DNA from: Acidaminococcus sp.
GTDB lineage: Bacteria > Bacillota > Negativicutes > Acidaminococcales > Acidaminococcaceae
Reading direction: 5' to 3'
Assembly (NCBI GenBank): GCA_019416065.1
Contig: DXYB01000003.1
Coordinates: 644-64,643, forward strand
Length of the DNA stretch: 64,000 nucleotides
Below, piece after piece: positions 47,798 through 56,186 of the stretch. The notes under the pieces were generated by a model that saw only the letters and a list, made by a program, of their open reading frames with translations, did no database searches and was not told where the DNA came from. Numbering within the stretch: the first letter of the stretch is position 1; each line of letters begins with the position of its first letter. The translations under genes and the position numbers were made by a program.

Positions 47798-50236
47798 TTA
47801 CCCCCGTAGAGCTGCCTGGAATTTTTCTTGGACATGCTTGACCATCTGGCGTACTGTATCGTCCACTTCTTTGTCCTTGAGTGTCTTTGTCAGGTCTTGA
47901 AAGGACAGGGTAAAGGCTACAGACTTATATCCGTTCTGGATTTGGCGGCCGGTATATACATCAAACAGATGGACTTCTTTCAATAGCTTTCCTCCCTGCT
48001 GCCTGATTTCTTCCATCAAGTCAGAAGCTGGTACACTTTCCGGTACCACCACAGCAATATCCCTGCTAGAGCTGGGGAACTGAGGAATATGGGTAAACTG
48101 CACCACTTTTTCTGCCTCAGCCACCAAGCTGTTGACGTCCATTTCCAGCACAAAAGTTTCATAAGAAAGACCGAAACGCTCCTGCACCTGCGGATGTAGC
48201 GTACCCATAAAGCCTACGATACGACCTTCGTGGACCAGCATGCAGCTCTTACCGGGATGAAGGAATTTTTCGTGCGACAGCTTATATTCCATCCCTGTCA
48301 CATGAAGGCGGTCCAGCATCCCTTCCAGCATCCCTTTTAAGTCATAAAAATCAAAGGTATCTTTGGCCTCCGTCCAATTGGGATCATTGCGTTTTCCGCT
48401 AAGCACAATCCCTAGACGTGTCACCTCTGCAGGCTGGGTCGTTAACGGTAACGCCTTGGGTAAAAAGACCCGTCCCACTTCAAAAAGTGCAACTCGTTCG
48501 CTTTGCCGAGCTAAATTATATGCTGCAGTATGCAATAGGCTGGGCACTAATGTGGTGCGCAGCGTTTTAAAATCATCGCTAAGAGGATTCATGATCTGGA
48601 TGGATTGACGCCGAGGATCTTCTGCGTCTAGGGACAACAAGTCATAATCCCCTGCATTGATAAACGTGTAGGTAATCGCTTCATCCAACCCTATATCCGC
48701 CAGATAATCCTGGATACTATCTTTTACGTCTTCCAATGGGTTTTGTCCGCCCCGTGCCATATCAAGCTGAGGCAATGAGGACGGAATCTTATCATAGCCG
48801 TAGATTCTAGCCACTTCTTCTGCTAGGTCTGCGTCACAACTGCAGTCATTGCGCCAGGTAGGAACCGTAACCAGCCAGGATCCATCGGATTGCACTTGCA
48901 CCATAAAATGCAAATCTTCCAGAATATTTCGCATGGTGGCATCGGAAATTTCTTCTGTTCCAATCCGATGCCGCAAATTATCGGGTATAGCCTGGATCTC
49001 CACTGGCTTTTTTACCACCGGATAGTCTTCTACCACACCAGGGACCGCCTCACAGGAACCAATTTCCTGAAGCAAATGGATGGCCCGGTCCAGTGCATCT
49101 TGGGTGCGGATAGTATCCACGCCCCGTTCAAACCGCTGACTCGCTTCACTGCGCAGCCCTAAATCTTTGGAGGTATGACGAATGCTGGGACCATAGAACG
49201 TAGCACTTTCCAGCATAACGTTCACCGTTTGCTCCGTCACTTCCGTAGCAAGGCCGCCCATTACACCAGCAAGGCCGATTGCTTTACCCGGATCGGCAAT
49301 TACAACCATGTCTTGGGTAAGATCTCGTTTTTGGTGATCCAATGTAACCAGCTGTTCCCCTGTTTTTGCCCGGCGCACAATCCAGGTATGATCTTGCACT
49401 TTATCGTAATCATAAGCATGCATGGGCTGCCCCAGTTCCATCATCACATAGTTGGTCACATCCACTACATTATTGATAGGGCGGATATTTACGGCCCGCA
49501 GTACGCGCTGCATCCATTCCGGAGAAGAGGTGATTTTTACATTTTTTACAAGACGCAGGGCAAAGCGGCTGCATAGATCGGGGCACTGGATCTCCACCTT
49601 AGCCATATCCGAAAGGGAACTGCCAACAATATCCTGGGTAGAAAGCTTTGGCAACCGCACATTCTGATGGAGCACGGCCCCGATTTCCCGGGCTAGGCCC
49701 AGCATATTAAAACAGTCACTGCGATTTGCCGTAAGATCTATATCCAGCACCACATCATCCAGCCCCAGATATGCTTTCACATCCACTCCAAGAGGAGTGG
49801 TTCCTGGCAGGATGTAGAGGCCGTTTCTCTGCTCCGGCAAAAGCAGCTTGGCATCAATCCCCAGTTCTTCCGCACTGCAGCACATACCAGCGGAGTCGTA
49901 GCCGGCCATTTTTACATCCTGAATGACCTTGCCTCCAGGTAGATGCGCTCCCACAAGGGCCACAGGAACAATATCATTTTCCTGTACATTGGGAGCCCCG
50001 ATCAAAATCTGCAGCGTTTTTTCTCCACCTACATCCACCTGACAAATCAGCAGATGATCCGACTGCGGATGCTTTTCTACCTTTAATAATTTTCCGGTTA
50101 CCACGCCATCCAGGCCTTCGCCAAGATGAATCACTTGTTCTACTTCCAATCCTACACTGGTCAGGATCTCGGCCAGTTTTTCCGGCGTCATCGGTATGTC
50201 CACATATTGTTGTAACCAACGCATCGAAGCTAACAT
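47798..50236 (-). CDS. pheT: Phenylalanine--tRNA ligase beta subunit
   Basis: MLASMRWLQQYVDI N-terminus, tRNA-binding domain (HPQSDHLLICQVD), B3/4, B5 and FDX-ACB domains. ATG 50236 is 8 nt after GGAGG. Confidence 0.95.
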   Translation of the reverse strand: MLASMRWLQQYVDIPMTPEKLAEILTSVGLEVEQVIHLGEGLDGVVTGKLLKVEKHPQSDHLLICQVDVGGEKTLQILIGAPNVQENDIVPVALVGAHLPGGKVIQDVKMAGYDSAGMCCSAEELGIDAKLLLPEQRNGLYILPGTTPLGVDVKAYLGLDDVVLDIDLTANRSDCFNMLGLAREIGAVLHQNVRLPKLSTQDIVGSSLSDMAKVEIQCPDLCSRFALRLVKNVKITSSPEWMQRVLRAVNIRPINNVVDVTNYVMMELGQPMHAYDYDKVQDHTWIVRRAKTGEQLVTLDHQKRDLTQDMVVIADPGKAIGLAGVMGGLATEVTEQTVNVMLESATFYGPSIRHTSKDLGLRSEASQRFERGVDTIRTQDALDRAIHLLQEIGSCEAVPGVVEDYPVVKKPVEIQAIPDNLRHRIGTEEISDATMRNILEDLHFMVQVQSDGSWLVTVPTWRNDCSCDADLAEEVARIYGYDKIPSSLPQLDMARGGQNPLEDVKDSIQDYLADIGLDEAITYTFINAGDYDLLSLDAEDPRRQSIQIMNPLSDDFKTLRTTLVPSLLHTAAYNLARQSERVALFEVGRVFLPKALPLTTQPAEVTRLGIVLSGKRNDPNWTEAKDTFDFYDLKGMLEGMLDRLHVTGMEYKLSHEKFLHPGKSCMLVHEGRIVGFMGTLHPQVQERFGLSYETFVLEMDVNSLVAEAEKVVQFTHIPQFPSSSRDIAVVVPESVPASDLMEEIRQQGGKLLKEVHLFDVYTGRQIQNGYKSVAFTLSFQDLTKTLKDKEVDDTVRQMVKHVQEKFQAALRG

Positions 50237-50253
50237 AATTCTTTGCCTCCCAA

Positions 50254-51276
50254 TCAAAATTGACGGATGAACCGCAGATCATTTTCAAAGAACAGCCGCA
50301 AATCATCAATGCCATAGCGCAGCATGGCAATCCGTTCCACGCCCATCCCAAAGGCAAAGCCTTTCATCGTATCCGGATCATATCCGCTCATACGCAGTAC
50401 GTTGGGATGCACCATACCAGCTCCCAAAATTTCCAGCCAACCGGAATTTTTACAGACCCTACAGCCTTTTCCGCCGCAAATGACGCAGCTGATATCTACT
50501 TCGCAAGAAGGCTCCGTAAAGGGAAAGAAACTGGGCCGTAGACGAATCCGCACTGCATCTCCAAACATCTCCTTGCAAAACAGCTCCAATGTCCCTTTGA
50601 GATCTGCTAAAGACACATCTTTATCCACAACTAATCCTTCCACCTGGTGAAACATAGGAGAATGGGTAGCATCATAATCATTACGGTATACGGCCCCAGG
50701 GCAAATCATGCGGATTGGAGTATTGGGTTTCCTGCTTTGCATGGTACGGGCCTGCACGCCACTGGTCTGGGTGCGGAGCAGCAAATTTTCTGTCAGATAA
50801 AAACTATCCTGCATATCCCGTGCCGGATGATCTTTCGGCAGATTCAAAGCCTCAAAATTGAAATAGTCCGTTTCTACTTCCGGACCACCTTCTACCTCAA
50901 AGCCCATGCGCATAAAAATTTTCTTGATATCCCGCAGTGTCTGGGTTAAAGGGTGAAGATGTCCTACCGCCGGTTTTCTTCCGGGCAGGGTAAAATCCAG
51001 CACTTCATTCTGGATTTTTTCTTCCATTTGCCGCTTTTCCAGCAGTTTCATCTGTTCGTTGATTTTGGCCTCAGCCCGGGCACGAACCTCATTGACCATC
51101 TTTCCAATACGGGGGCGTTCTTCTGCTGCCACATTGCCCAGTTCCCGCAAAATGGCAGTCAATGCTCCTTTTTTGCCCAAATACTGGACCCGGATATTTT
51201 TCAGGTCTTCCACACTTTTGACGTCGCTAAGATCTTTTTGGATTTTTTCCCTGAGTTCCTGCAATTTGTCACTCAT
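50254..51276 (-). CDS. pheS: Phenylalanine--tRNA ligase alpha subunit
   Basis: HPARDMQDSFY, class II motifs FRPSFFPFTEPS and GAGMVHPNVL, GFAFGMGVERIAM. ATG 51276 after GGGAGG. Confidence 0.95.
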   Translation of the reverse strand: MSDKLQELREKIQKDLSDVKSVEDLKNIRVQYLGKKGALTAILRELGNVAAEERPRIGKMVNEVRARAEAKINEQMKLLEKRQMEEKIQNEVLDFTLPGRKPAVGHLHPLTQTLRDIKKIFMRMGFEVEGGPEVETDYFNFEALNLPKDHPARDMQDSFYLTENLLLRTQTSGVQARTMQSRKPNTPIRMICPGAVYRNDYDATHSPMFHQVEGLVVDKDVSLADLKGTLELFCKEMFGDAVRIRLRPSFFPFTEPSCEVDISCVICGGKGCRVCKNSGWLEILGAGMVHPNVLRMSGYDPDTMKGFAFGMGVERIAMLRYGIDDLRLFFENDLRFIRQF

Positions 51277-51286
51277 CTTCATGCCT

Positions 51287-51510
51287 CCCAATAAAATAAA
51301 CCTCCGTCCCACAAGGGGCGAAGGTTCGCGGTACCACCCTATTTTTTACTCATGCGGCAGATAACGCAGCCAGCGCCGGACCTACTTGGTTTCAGCCCGG
51401 CTGCTCCCAGGTGAACTTCCTCCCGCTCTTACGATCCGGCTTCCACCTACCCGGACTCTCTGTGCGCGCCTGCGAAAGTACTCTCCTGTTCGTCGCAGCT
51501 ATAAAATTGT
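51287..51510 (-). promoter_or_regulatory. T-box riboswitch leader (Phe specifier UUC) with intrinsic terminator
   Basis: On the minus strand: stem I elements (GCGACGAACAGGAGAGTA, AGAGAG, GGTGGAA); specifier GGAAG-UUC-A (UUC = 51415-51413); conserved T-box AGGGTGGTACCGCG (51340-51327). Terminator CCTTCGCCCC-TTGT-GGGACGGAGG (51324-51301), followed by UUUAUUUUAUU. Confidence 0.9.
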
Positions 51511-51517
51511 TGGAGCT

Positions 51518-51547
51518 ATTATACCATAGATGCAAGCCCTGCGTCAA
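51518..51547 (-). promoter_or_regulatory. Promoter of the pheST T-box leader
   Basis: Minus strand TTGACG (51547-51542), 18 nt spacer, TGgTATAAT extended -10 (hexamer 51523-51518). Confidence 0.6.
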
Positions 51548-51552
51548 AACCG

Positions 51553-51581
51553 TTTAAAAAAACGGGGCCTGTACCCCGTTT
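51553..51581 (-). terminator. Rho-independent terminator after the 182-aa hypothetical gene
   Basis: Minus strand ACGGGG-TACAGG-CCCCGT hairpin, followed by UUUUUUU. Confidence 0.7.
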
Positions 51582-51592
51582 TAGTCTTTTGC

Positions 51593-52141
51593 TTATTTGC
51601 GGTTATTGTATATAGTTTCTTGGATTGCTTTTTGGATGGCCTCCTGCATTTCCGGGCGATGCTGATCCACCTCTAAGATGCGTTTTAGTTCCTCATCCGG
51701 GTCGTCATCCACCTCGCCAAATTCCACGTGGCAGAGATTCTTATCCCACGCACACAGGGAAAAGGTTTGTTCCTTATGATTATACTCCACAGTATAATAT
51801 AAGGGATTTTCGCCCTGAGGGCCGGTGACGATATACGCACGGCGGCACAATGGCTGGACATTAGCAGTAAAGGGAAAGAAAAGCCGCAAGATAAAGCCGC
51901 CAGGTTTTCCCGCTCTGGCGTCAGACCGATCCCCAAAGGGAACTGCATCCACCTGGAAGTGCTCTTCCTGAACTGATAACGGACTTTCCTCTTTAACTGC
52001 TTTTTGGTAGTTTTGCAAAGTTGCTGAGCAAATCTTCGCAAAGCTGTTAGCCAGATCAAAAACATCCAATCCGTATTTTTCCTTGCCTTGGTAAATCACA
52101 ACCGGCAAAAATTTATGCTCTAAGTAGTACAAGGGATCCAT
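51593..52141 (-). CDS. Hypothetical protein (no family recognised)
   Basis: Long ORF with normal composition. Preferred ATG 52141 (MDPLYYLEHKF...) is 6 nt after AAAGGA; alternatives are ATG 52147 and TTG 52159. Acidic/helical C-terminus. Has its own terminator. Confidence 0.6.
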   Translation of the reverse strand: MDPLYYLEHKFLPVVIYQGKEKYGLDVFDLANSFAKICSATLQNYQKAVKEESPLSVQEEHFQVDAVPFGDRSDARAGKPGGFILRLFFPFTANVQPLCRRAYIVTGPQGENPLYYTVEYNHKEQTFSLCAWDKNLCHVEFGEVDDDPDEELKRILEVDQHRPEMQEAIQKAIQETIYNNRK

Positions 52142-52152
52142 AGTCATTCCTT

Positions 52153-53364
52153 TTAACAAGAGTTCTTTTTGTGGAAGTGTGCGCTGACAATATCCAATAT
52201 TCTATTTCCCACTGCCTCTTTGCTCATAAGCTCCAGGCTTTCCACCCGGCCATCAGGAAAGAGAAACTTCACCACATTGGTATCCGTGGAAAAGCCGGCT
52301 CCTTGCATGCTTACATCATTGGCTACAATCATGTCCAGATTCTTTTTTCTGACTTTTTCTGCTGCATTTTCCAGCAAATGTTGGGTTTCTGCTGCAAATC
52401 CTACCAGAAACTGGTGGGTCTTTTGCTTGCCTAGTAACTGCAAAATATCCGGATTTTTGTCCAGTGTCAGGGTTAGGTTTTCGTCATGTTTTTTGATTTT
52501 TTGGGATGCTTGTTGGTGGGGTTTATAATCGGCCACAGCCGCCGCCTTGATCACGGCATCCACCTGATCATATTCTGCCAGAACAGCTTGCAACATCTCC
52601 CCTGTGCTTTCCACCCGGATAAAGCGGACATTTTTAGGAGGTGTAATAGCCGTAGGACCGGAAATCAGCACTACGTCAGCTCCCCGCCGGGCGGCGTCAC
52701 GCGCGATGGCATAGCCCATTTTACCGCTGCTGCGATTGCCAATAAAGCGCACGGGGTCAATCGCTTCCCTCGTGCCCCCAGCCGTAACAAGAAGTTTCAT
52801 CCCCCTTAGATCCCCTTCTTGCTTTGCAAAAAAGGAATCCATAAAAGAAAGTATATCATCCGGTTCCGGCAAACGGCCAGCCCCACAGATGCCACAGGCT
52901 AAATACCCGCTGCCGCTATCCATAATGGTAATCCCGTCTTTACGGAGGGTTTCCAGGTTGCGTTGTACCGCAGGATTTTGCAACATATTGGTATTCATGG
53001 CCGGACAAATAATTTTGGGTTTATCGCAAGCCAAAAGGGTGGTGCTCAGGAGATCATCTCCGATACCACCAGCCATTTTCCCTATGATATTGGCCGTAGC
53101 CGGGGCCACCACCATAATGTCACACCAGCGCCCCAGAGCTACATGCTCCACATTAAATTCTGCATTGCCGGCCCACAGATCCGTTGCCACCGGATTGCCG
53201 CTGATTTCCTTAAAAAGAAGCGGAGAAACAAGATGTGTAGCCGCTTCGGTCATCACTACACGCACCAAGGCACCGGCCTGTACCAAGTGACTCACCAGCG
53301 TCACTACTTTGTACAAGGCAATGCCGCCAGTCACGCCTAAAGCGATCTTTTTGCCTTCTAGCAC
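52153..53364 (-). CDS. coaBC: Bifunctional phosphopantothenoylcysteine decarboxylase / phosphopantothenate--cysteine ligase
   Basis: N-terminal flavoprotein domain (KKIALGVTGGIALYK, PAMNTNM) and C-terminal CoaB domain (VTAGGTREAIDPVRFIGNRSSGKMG). Confidence 0.95.
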   Translation of the reverse strand: MLEGKKIALGVTGGIALYKVVTLVSHLVQAGALVRVVMTEAATHLVSPLLFKEISGNPVATDLWAGNAEFNVEHVALGRWCDIMVVAPATANIIGKMAGGIGDDLLSTTLLACDKPKIICPAMNTNMLQNPAVQRNLETLRKDGITIMDSGSGYLACGICGAGRLPEPDDILSFMDSFFAKQEGDLRGMKLLVTAGGTREAIDPVRFIGNRSSGKMGYAIARDAARRGADVVLISGPTAITPPKNVRFIRVESTGEMLQAVLAEYDQVDAVIKAAAVADYKPHQQASQKIKKHDENLTLTLDKNPDILQLLGKQKTHQFLVGFAAETQHLLENAAEKVRKKNLDMIVANDVSMQGAGFSTDTNVVKFLFPDGRVESLELMSKEAVGNRILDIVSAHFHKKNSC

Positions 53365-53376
53365 GATCCTGCTCCT

Positions 53377-53601
53377 TTATGCTTTCTGCTCTTCCTCAAG
53401 CTCTTTCTTGGTAGCAATGCTGACCATACCTTCCCCGATTTCTTTCAGGGCAATGGATACAGGTTTGTTGGAATTTGATTCCACCAGTGCTGGAGCATGA
53501 TCCACCAGCTGACGGGCCCGTTTGGCAGCCATAATGCACAGCGCATATTTGCTCCCTACTTTTTTTGACAGATCATCAATGGAAGGATCAATCATAGACA
53601 T
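53377..53601 (-). CDS. rpoZ: DNA-directed RNA polymerase subunit omega
   Basis: 74 aa. SKYALCIMAAKRARQL motif. Position between gmk and coaBC. Confidence 0.9.
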   Translation of the reverse strand: MSMIDPSIDDLSKKVGSKYALCIMAAKRARQLVDHAPALVESNSNKPVSIALKEIGEGMVSIATKKELEEEQKA

Positions 53602-53615
53602 CGTTTCGTTCTCCT

Positions 53616-54254
53616 TTACTTTTCCACCTTGTTGCCTTCAGTTTCGCCCTGGCAAATTTCGTCCACAATATAATAAGTACGGCCTACTCGCAAGTGTTCC
53701 ACGTCAATGATCTTGCTGACTTTGTCAGTTGCCTTTTCTACTTCGTCATTGACCACGATATAATCGTATTTGGAAGCATAGGAAAGCTCACTGGTAGCAG
53801 CGGACAAACGGCGTTTAATGACGTCCACCGCATCCGTGCCCCGCTTGTAGATGCGTTTGCTTAATTCGTCCAGAGACGGCGGCACAATGAACACAAAAAC
53901 CCCTTCCGGGTAGCTCTTTTTCACTTGCAGGGCGCCCTGGGGATCAATCTCCAAAATTACATCCATCCCTTCCGCCAGTCTGTCCAACACATACTGTTTC
54001 GGGGTACCATAATAGTTGCCATACACGGACGCATGTTCCAACAAGCCCCCGTTTTTAATCAGATCTTCAAATTCATCCCGGGTCTTAAAGAAATAATTGA
54101 CCCCGTCCACTTCCCCTTTGCGGGGTCCGCGGGTAGTGCAGGATACAGAATAGGCCATATGGTCACGTTTCTCCCGCAGCCGGGCACAAATCGTGCCTTT
54201 GCCCGCACCACTAGGGCCACTTAAAACCAGCAGGATCCCCTGTGGCTTATTCAT
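53616..54254 (-). CDS. gmk: Guanylate kinase
   Basis: [17 protein letters not shown]-loop, [22 protein letters not shown] 54254 after AAGGAGG; the track extension was rejected. Confidence 0.95.
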   Translation of the reverse strand: MNKPQGILLVLSGPSGAGKGTICARLREKRDHMAYSVSCTTRGPRKGEVDGVNYFFKTRDEFEDLIKNGGLLEHASVYGNYYGTPKQYVLDRLAEGMDVILEIDPQGALQVKKSYPEGVFVFIVPPSLDELSKRIYKRGTDAVDVIKRRLSAATSELSYASKYDYIVVNDEVEKATDKVSKIIDVEHLRVGRTYYIVDEICQGETEGNKVEK

Positions 54255-54537
54255 TGTCATCCTCCTTTTCTTCCGCAGTAGGAACCGGATCCGGGACATC
54301 CTGGGCAAACCGATTGGCAATGGTTTCTGGCTGCAGTGCCGAAAGTACCACATGCCCGCTATCCATAATCAGCACGGCACGGGTTCGTCTGCCATAAGTC
54401 GCATCAATCACAACCCCTTTATCCCGACCATCTTGGATAATCCGCTTGATGGGAGCACTTTCCGGACCAATGATGCTGACCACCCGCTGGGCAGAAACAA
54501 TATTACCAAAACCGATATTAATCAATTTAATATCCAT
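54247..54537 (-). CDS. remA: RemA/YlzA (DUF370) family regulator
   Basis: [77 protein letters not shown] closely parallels B. subtilis RemA. ATG 54537 is 6 nt after AGGAGA. Confidence 0.92.
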   Translation of the reverse strand: MDIKLINIGFGNIVSAQRVVSIIGPESAPIKRIIQDGRDKGVVIDATYGRRTRAVLIMDSGHVVLSALQPETIANRFAQDVPDPVPTAEEKEDDNE

Positions 54538-54554
54538 CTTCACTCTCCTGCTAG

Positions 54555-55451
54555 TTATTGTATATTTTGGATTTGTTCTCGAACTTTCTCGATTTCACTT
54601 TTCATACTGACTACGGTCTGGATAATCGGAGCATCGGCTGCTTTGGAAGCGATGGTATTGCTCTCCCGATTCATTTCCTGCACCAAAAAATCCATTCGCC
54701 GCCCCACCGGCTTATTTTCCATAAGGAGCTGACGGAATTGGTTAAGATGGCTATGTAGACGGACAAATTCCTCCGTGGTATTCACCTTGTCAGCATAAAT
54801 CGCTGTTTCCGCAATCAGGCGTCCTTCGTCCACATTTCCAGCCCCTGCCTCTTGAAGCAATTGGCGAACAGATTCCGTTAGACGATTGCGGTATACTGTC
54901 AATGTTTCAGGAGCCCGTTTTTCGATGGTTTCCAGATCAGTTTCAATGGCATCAATACGCTTCCGGATATCTCGGGAAAGCATCTCTCCTTCTGTTTGAC
55001 GCATTGTTTCCAGATGATCCAAGGCCGTTGTCACGGTCTTTTCTATCAGCGGCCACAACGGCATAAGATCCATTTCTTCTTCCTGGGTAACCAGCACGTC
55101 CGGCTGGCCGGCAATAAAAAGTATATCTGATTCCACACGACCTTCCGGTATATCCAAAAGCTGTCGTAGGCCTTGTAAACTATCATGATACGCACTTGCT
55201 AGTGCTTTGTCAAGTCTTACGCTTTTTGCTCCGCTGCCCGTATAAGCAGCATTGATAAATACGTCAATATGTCCTCGGGGAATCCGATCCAAAATCAGGC
55301 GGCGAATTTTGCTCTCTACCGGATTCAAAAAGCGGGGAGAACGAATCGACAGTTCCGCGTAGCGGTGATTAACGGTTTTGATTTCACAGGCAAAAGAAAA
55401 TCCTTCCTGTTCTACCTGGCATCGTCCGTAACCGGTCATACTCTGCAGCAT
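54555..55451 (-). CDS. yicC: YicC/YloC family stress-induced protein (putative endoribonuclease)
   Basis: [11 protein letters not shown]-terminus and C-terminal [22 protein letters not shown] motif. Confidence 0.92.
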   Translation of the reverse strand: MLQSMTGYGRCQVEQEGFSFACEIKTVNHRYAELSIRSPRFLNPVESKIRRLILDRIPRGHIDVFINAAYTGSGAKSVRLDKALASAYHDSLQGLRQLLDIPEGRVESDILFIAGQPDVLVTQEEEMDLMPLWPLIEKTVTTALDHLETMRQTEGEMLSRDIRKRIDAIETDLETIEKRAPETLTVYRNRLTESVRQLLQEAGAGNVDEGRLIAETAIYADKVNTTEEFVRLHSHLNQFRQLLMENKPVGRRMDFLVQEMNRESNTIASKAADAPIIQTVVSMKSEIEKVREQIQNIQ

Positions 55452-55462
55452 GGTGTGCCTCC

Positions 55463-56080
55463 TTAATTCAGCTTAGTCAGGTTCAGCACAAATTCCCGAG
55501 TGCCCCCGTACTCATCCTGGGCGGAGAGTACCATGACCCGATTAGGATCCAGCTTGGACAAATCAAAATACACAAAGTATTGCAAATCCCACACGTTAAC
55601 CCCTTCCAGTTGTCCAGTGCGAGGATTGGGTAGTTGCATATCCCGCTGGGATGCCGCATTTAAATTGTTGTAGTAGGGATACAGAACTTTTTGCCCTTGG
55701 TAGATCTTCACCTTTAAGTTTTTGGGTTCCAGGCGGACACTGGTACTAAGATGCAGCCCCAGCGCCAATACTCCCTGGTATTGTTTAGCCACTTTCATAC
55801 CTTGGGCCAGGCTTGGTTTTTGCCCACTGCTTTGTTGGGCATCCACCGCCGCCGTCAGATACGGCGTATAGACTACAACGCGTTCCCGCAGGCCATATTT
55901 ATTTAATTGTTTCCGATCATAGACGGTCCAAGGCGCCAAAACTTCTCCCAAAGAAGCCCCTCGACGCTGCTCCCCATAAGTCTGGGCCGCTTGTATAGTA
56001 GAATCCGTCAGTGGAAGCATGGCAAATGCTGTTTGGGTCAGCAGCAGACACGCTGCCATCAAAAGACCGATTTTTTTCAT
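55463..56080 (-). CDS. Secreted hypothetical protein (signal peptide, no family recognised)
   Basis: ATG 56080 behind AAGGAG gives MKKIGLLMAACLLLTQTAFA, a classical signal peptide. The 116-codon upstream extension in the track was rejected. Confidence 0.65.
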   Translation of the reverse strand: MKKIGLLMAACLLLTQTAFAMLPLTDSTIQAAQTYGEQRRGASLGEVLAPWTVYDRKQLNKYGLRERVVVYTPYLTAAVDAQQSSGQKPSLAQGMKVAKQYQGVLALGLHLSTSVRLEPKNLKVKIYQGQKVLYPYYNNLNAASQRDMQLPNPRTGQLEGVNVWDLQYFVYFDLSKLDPNRVMVLSAQDEYGGTREFVLNLTKLN

Positions 56081-56186
56081 GGTTCCTGTCTCCTTTGCAG
56101 TTTGACCGAAGTCTTTTTGCCATATATACTTATATATTATACCGGATTTCAAAACGACGTGCAAATGTCGCGACAAGGAGGCAATA

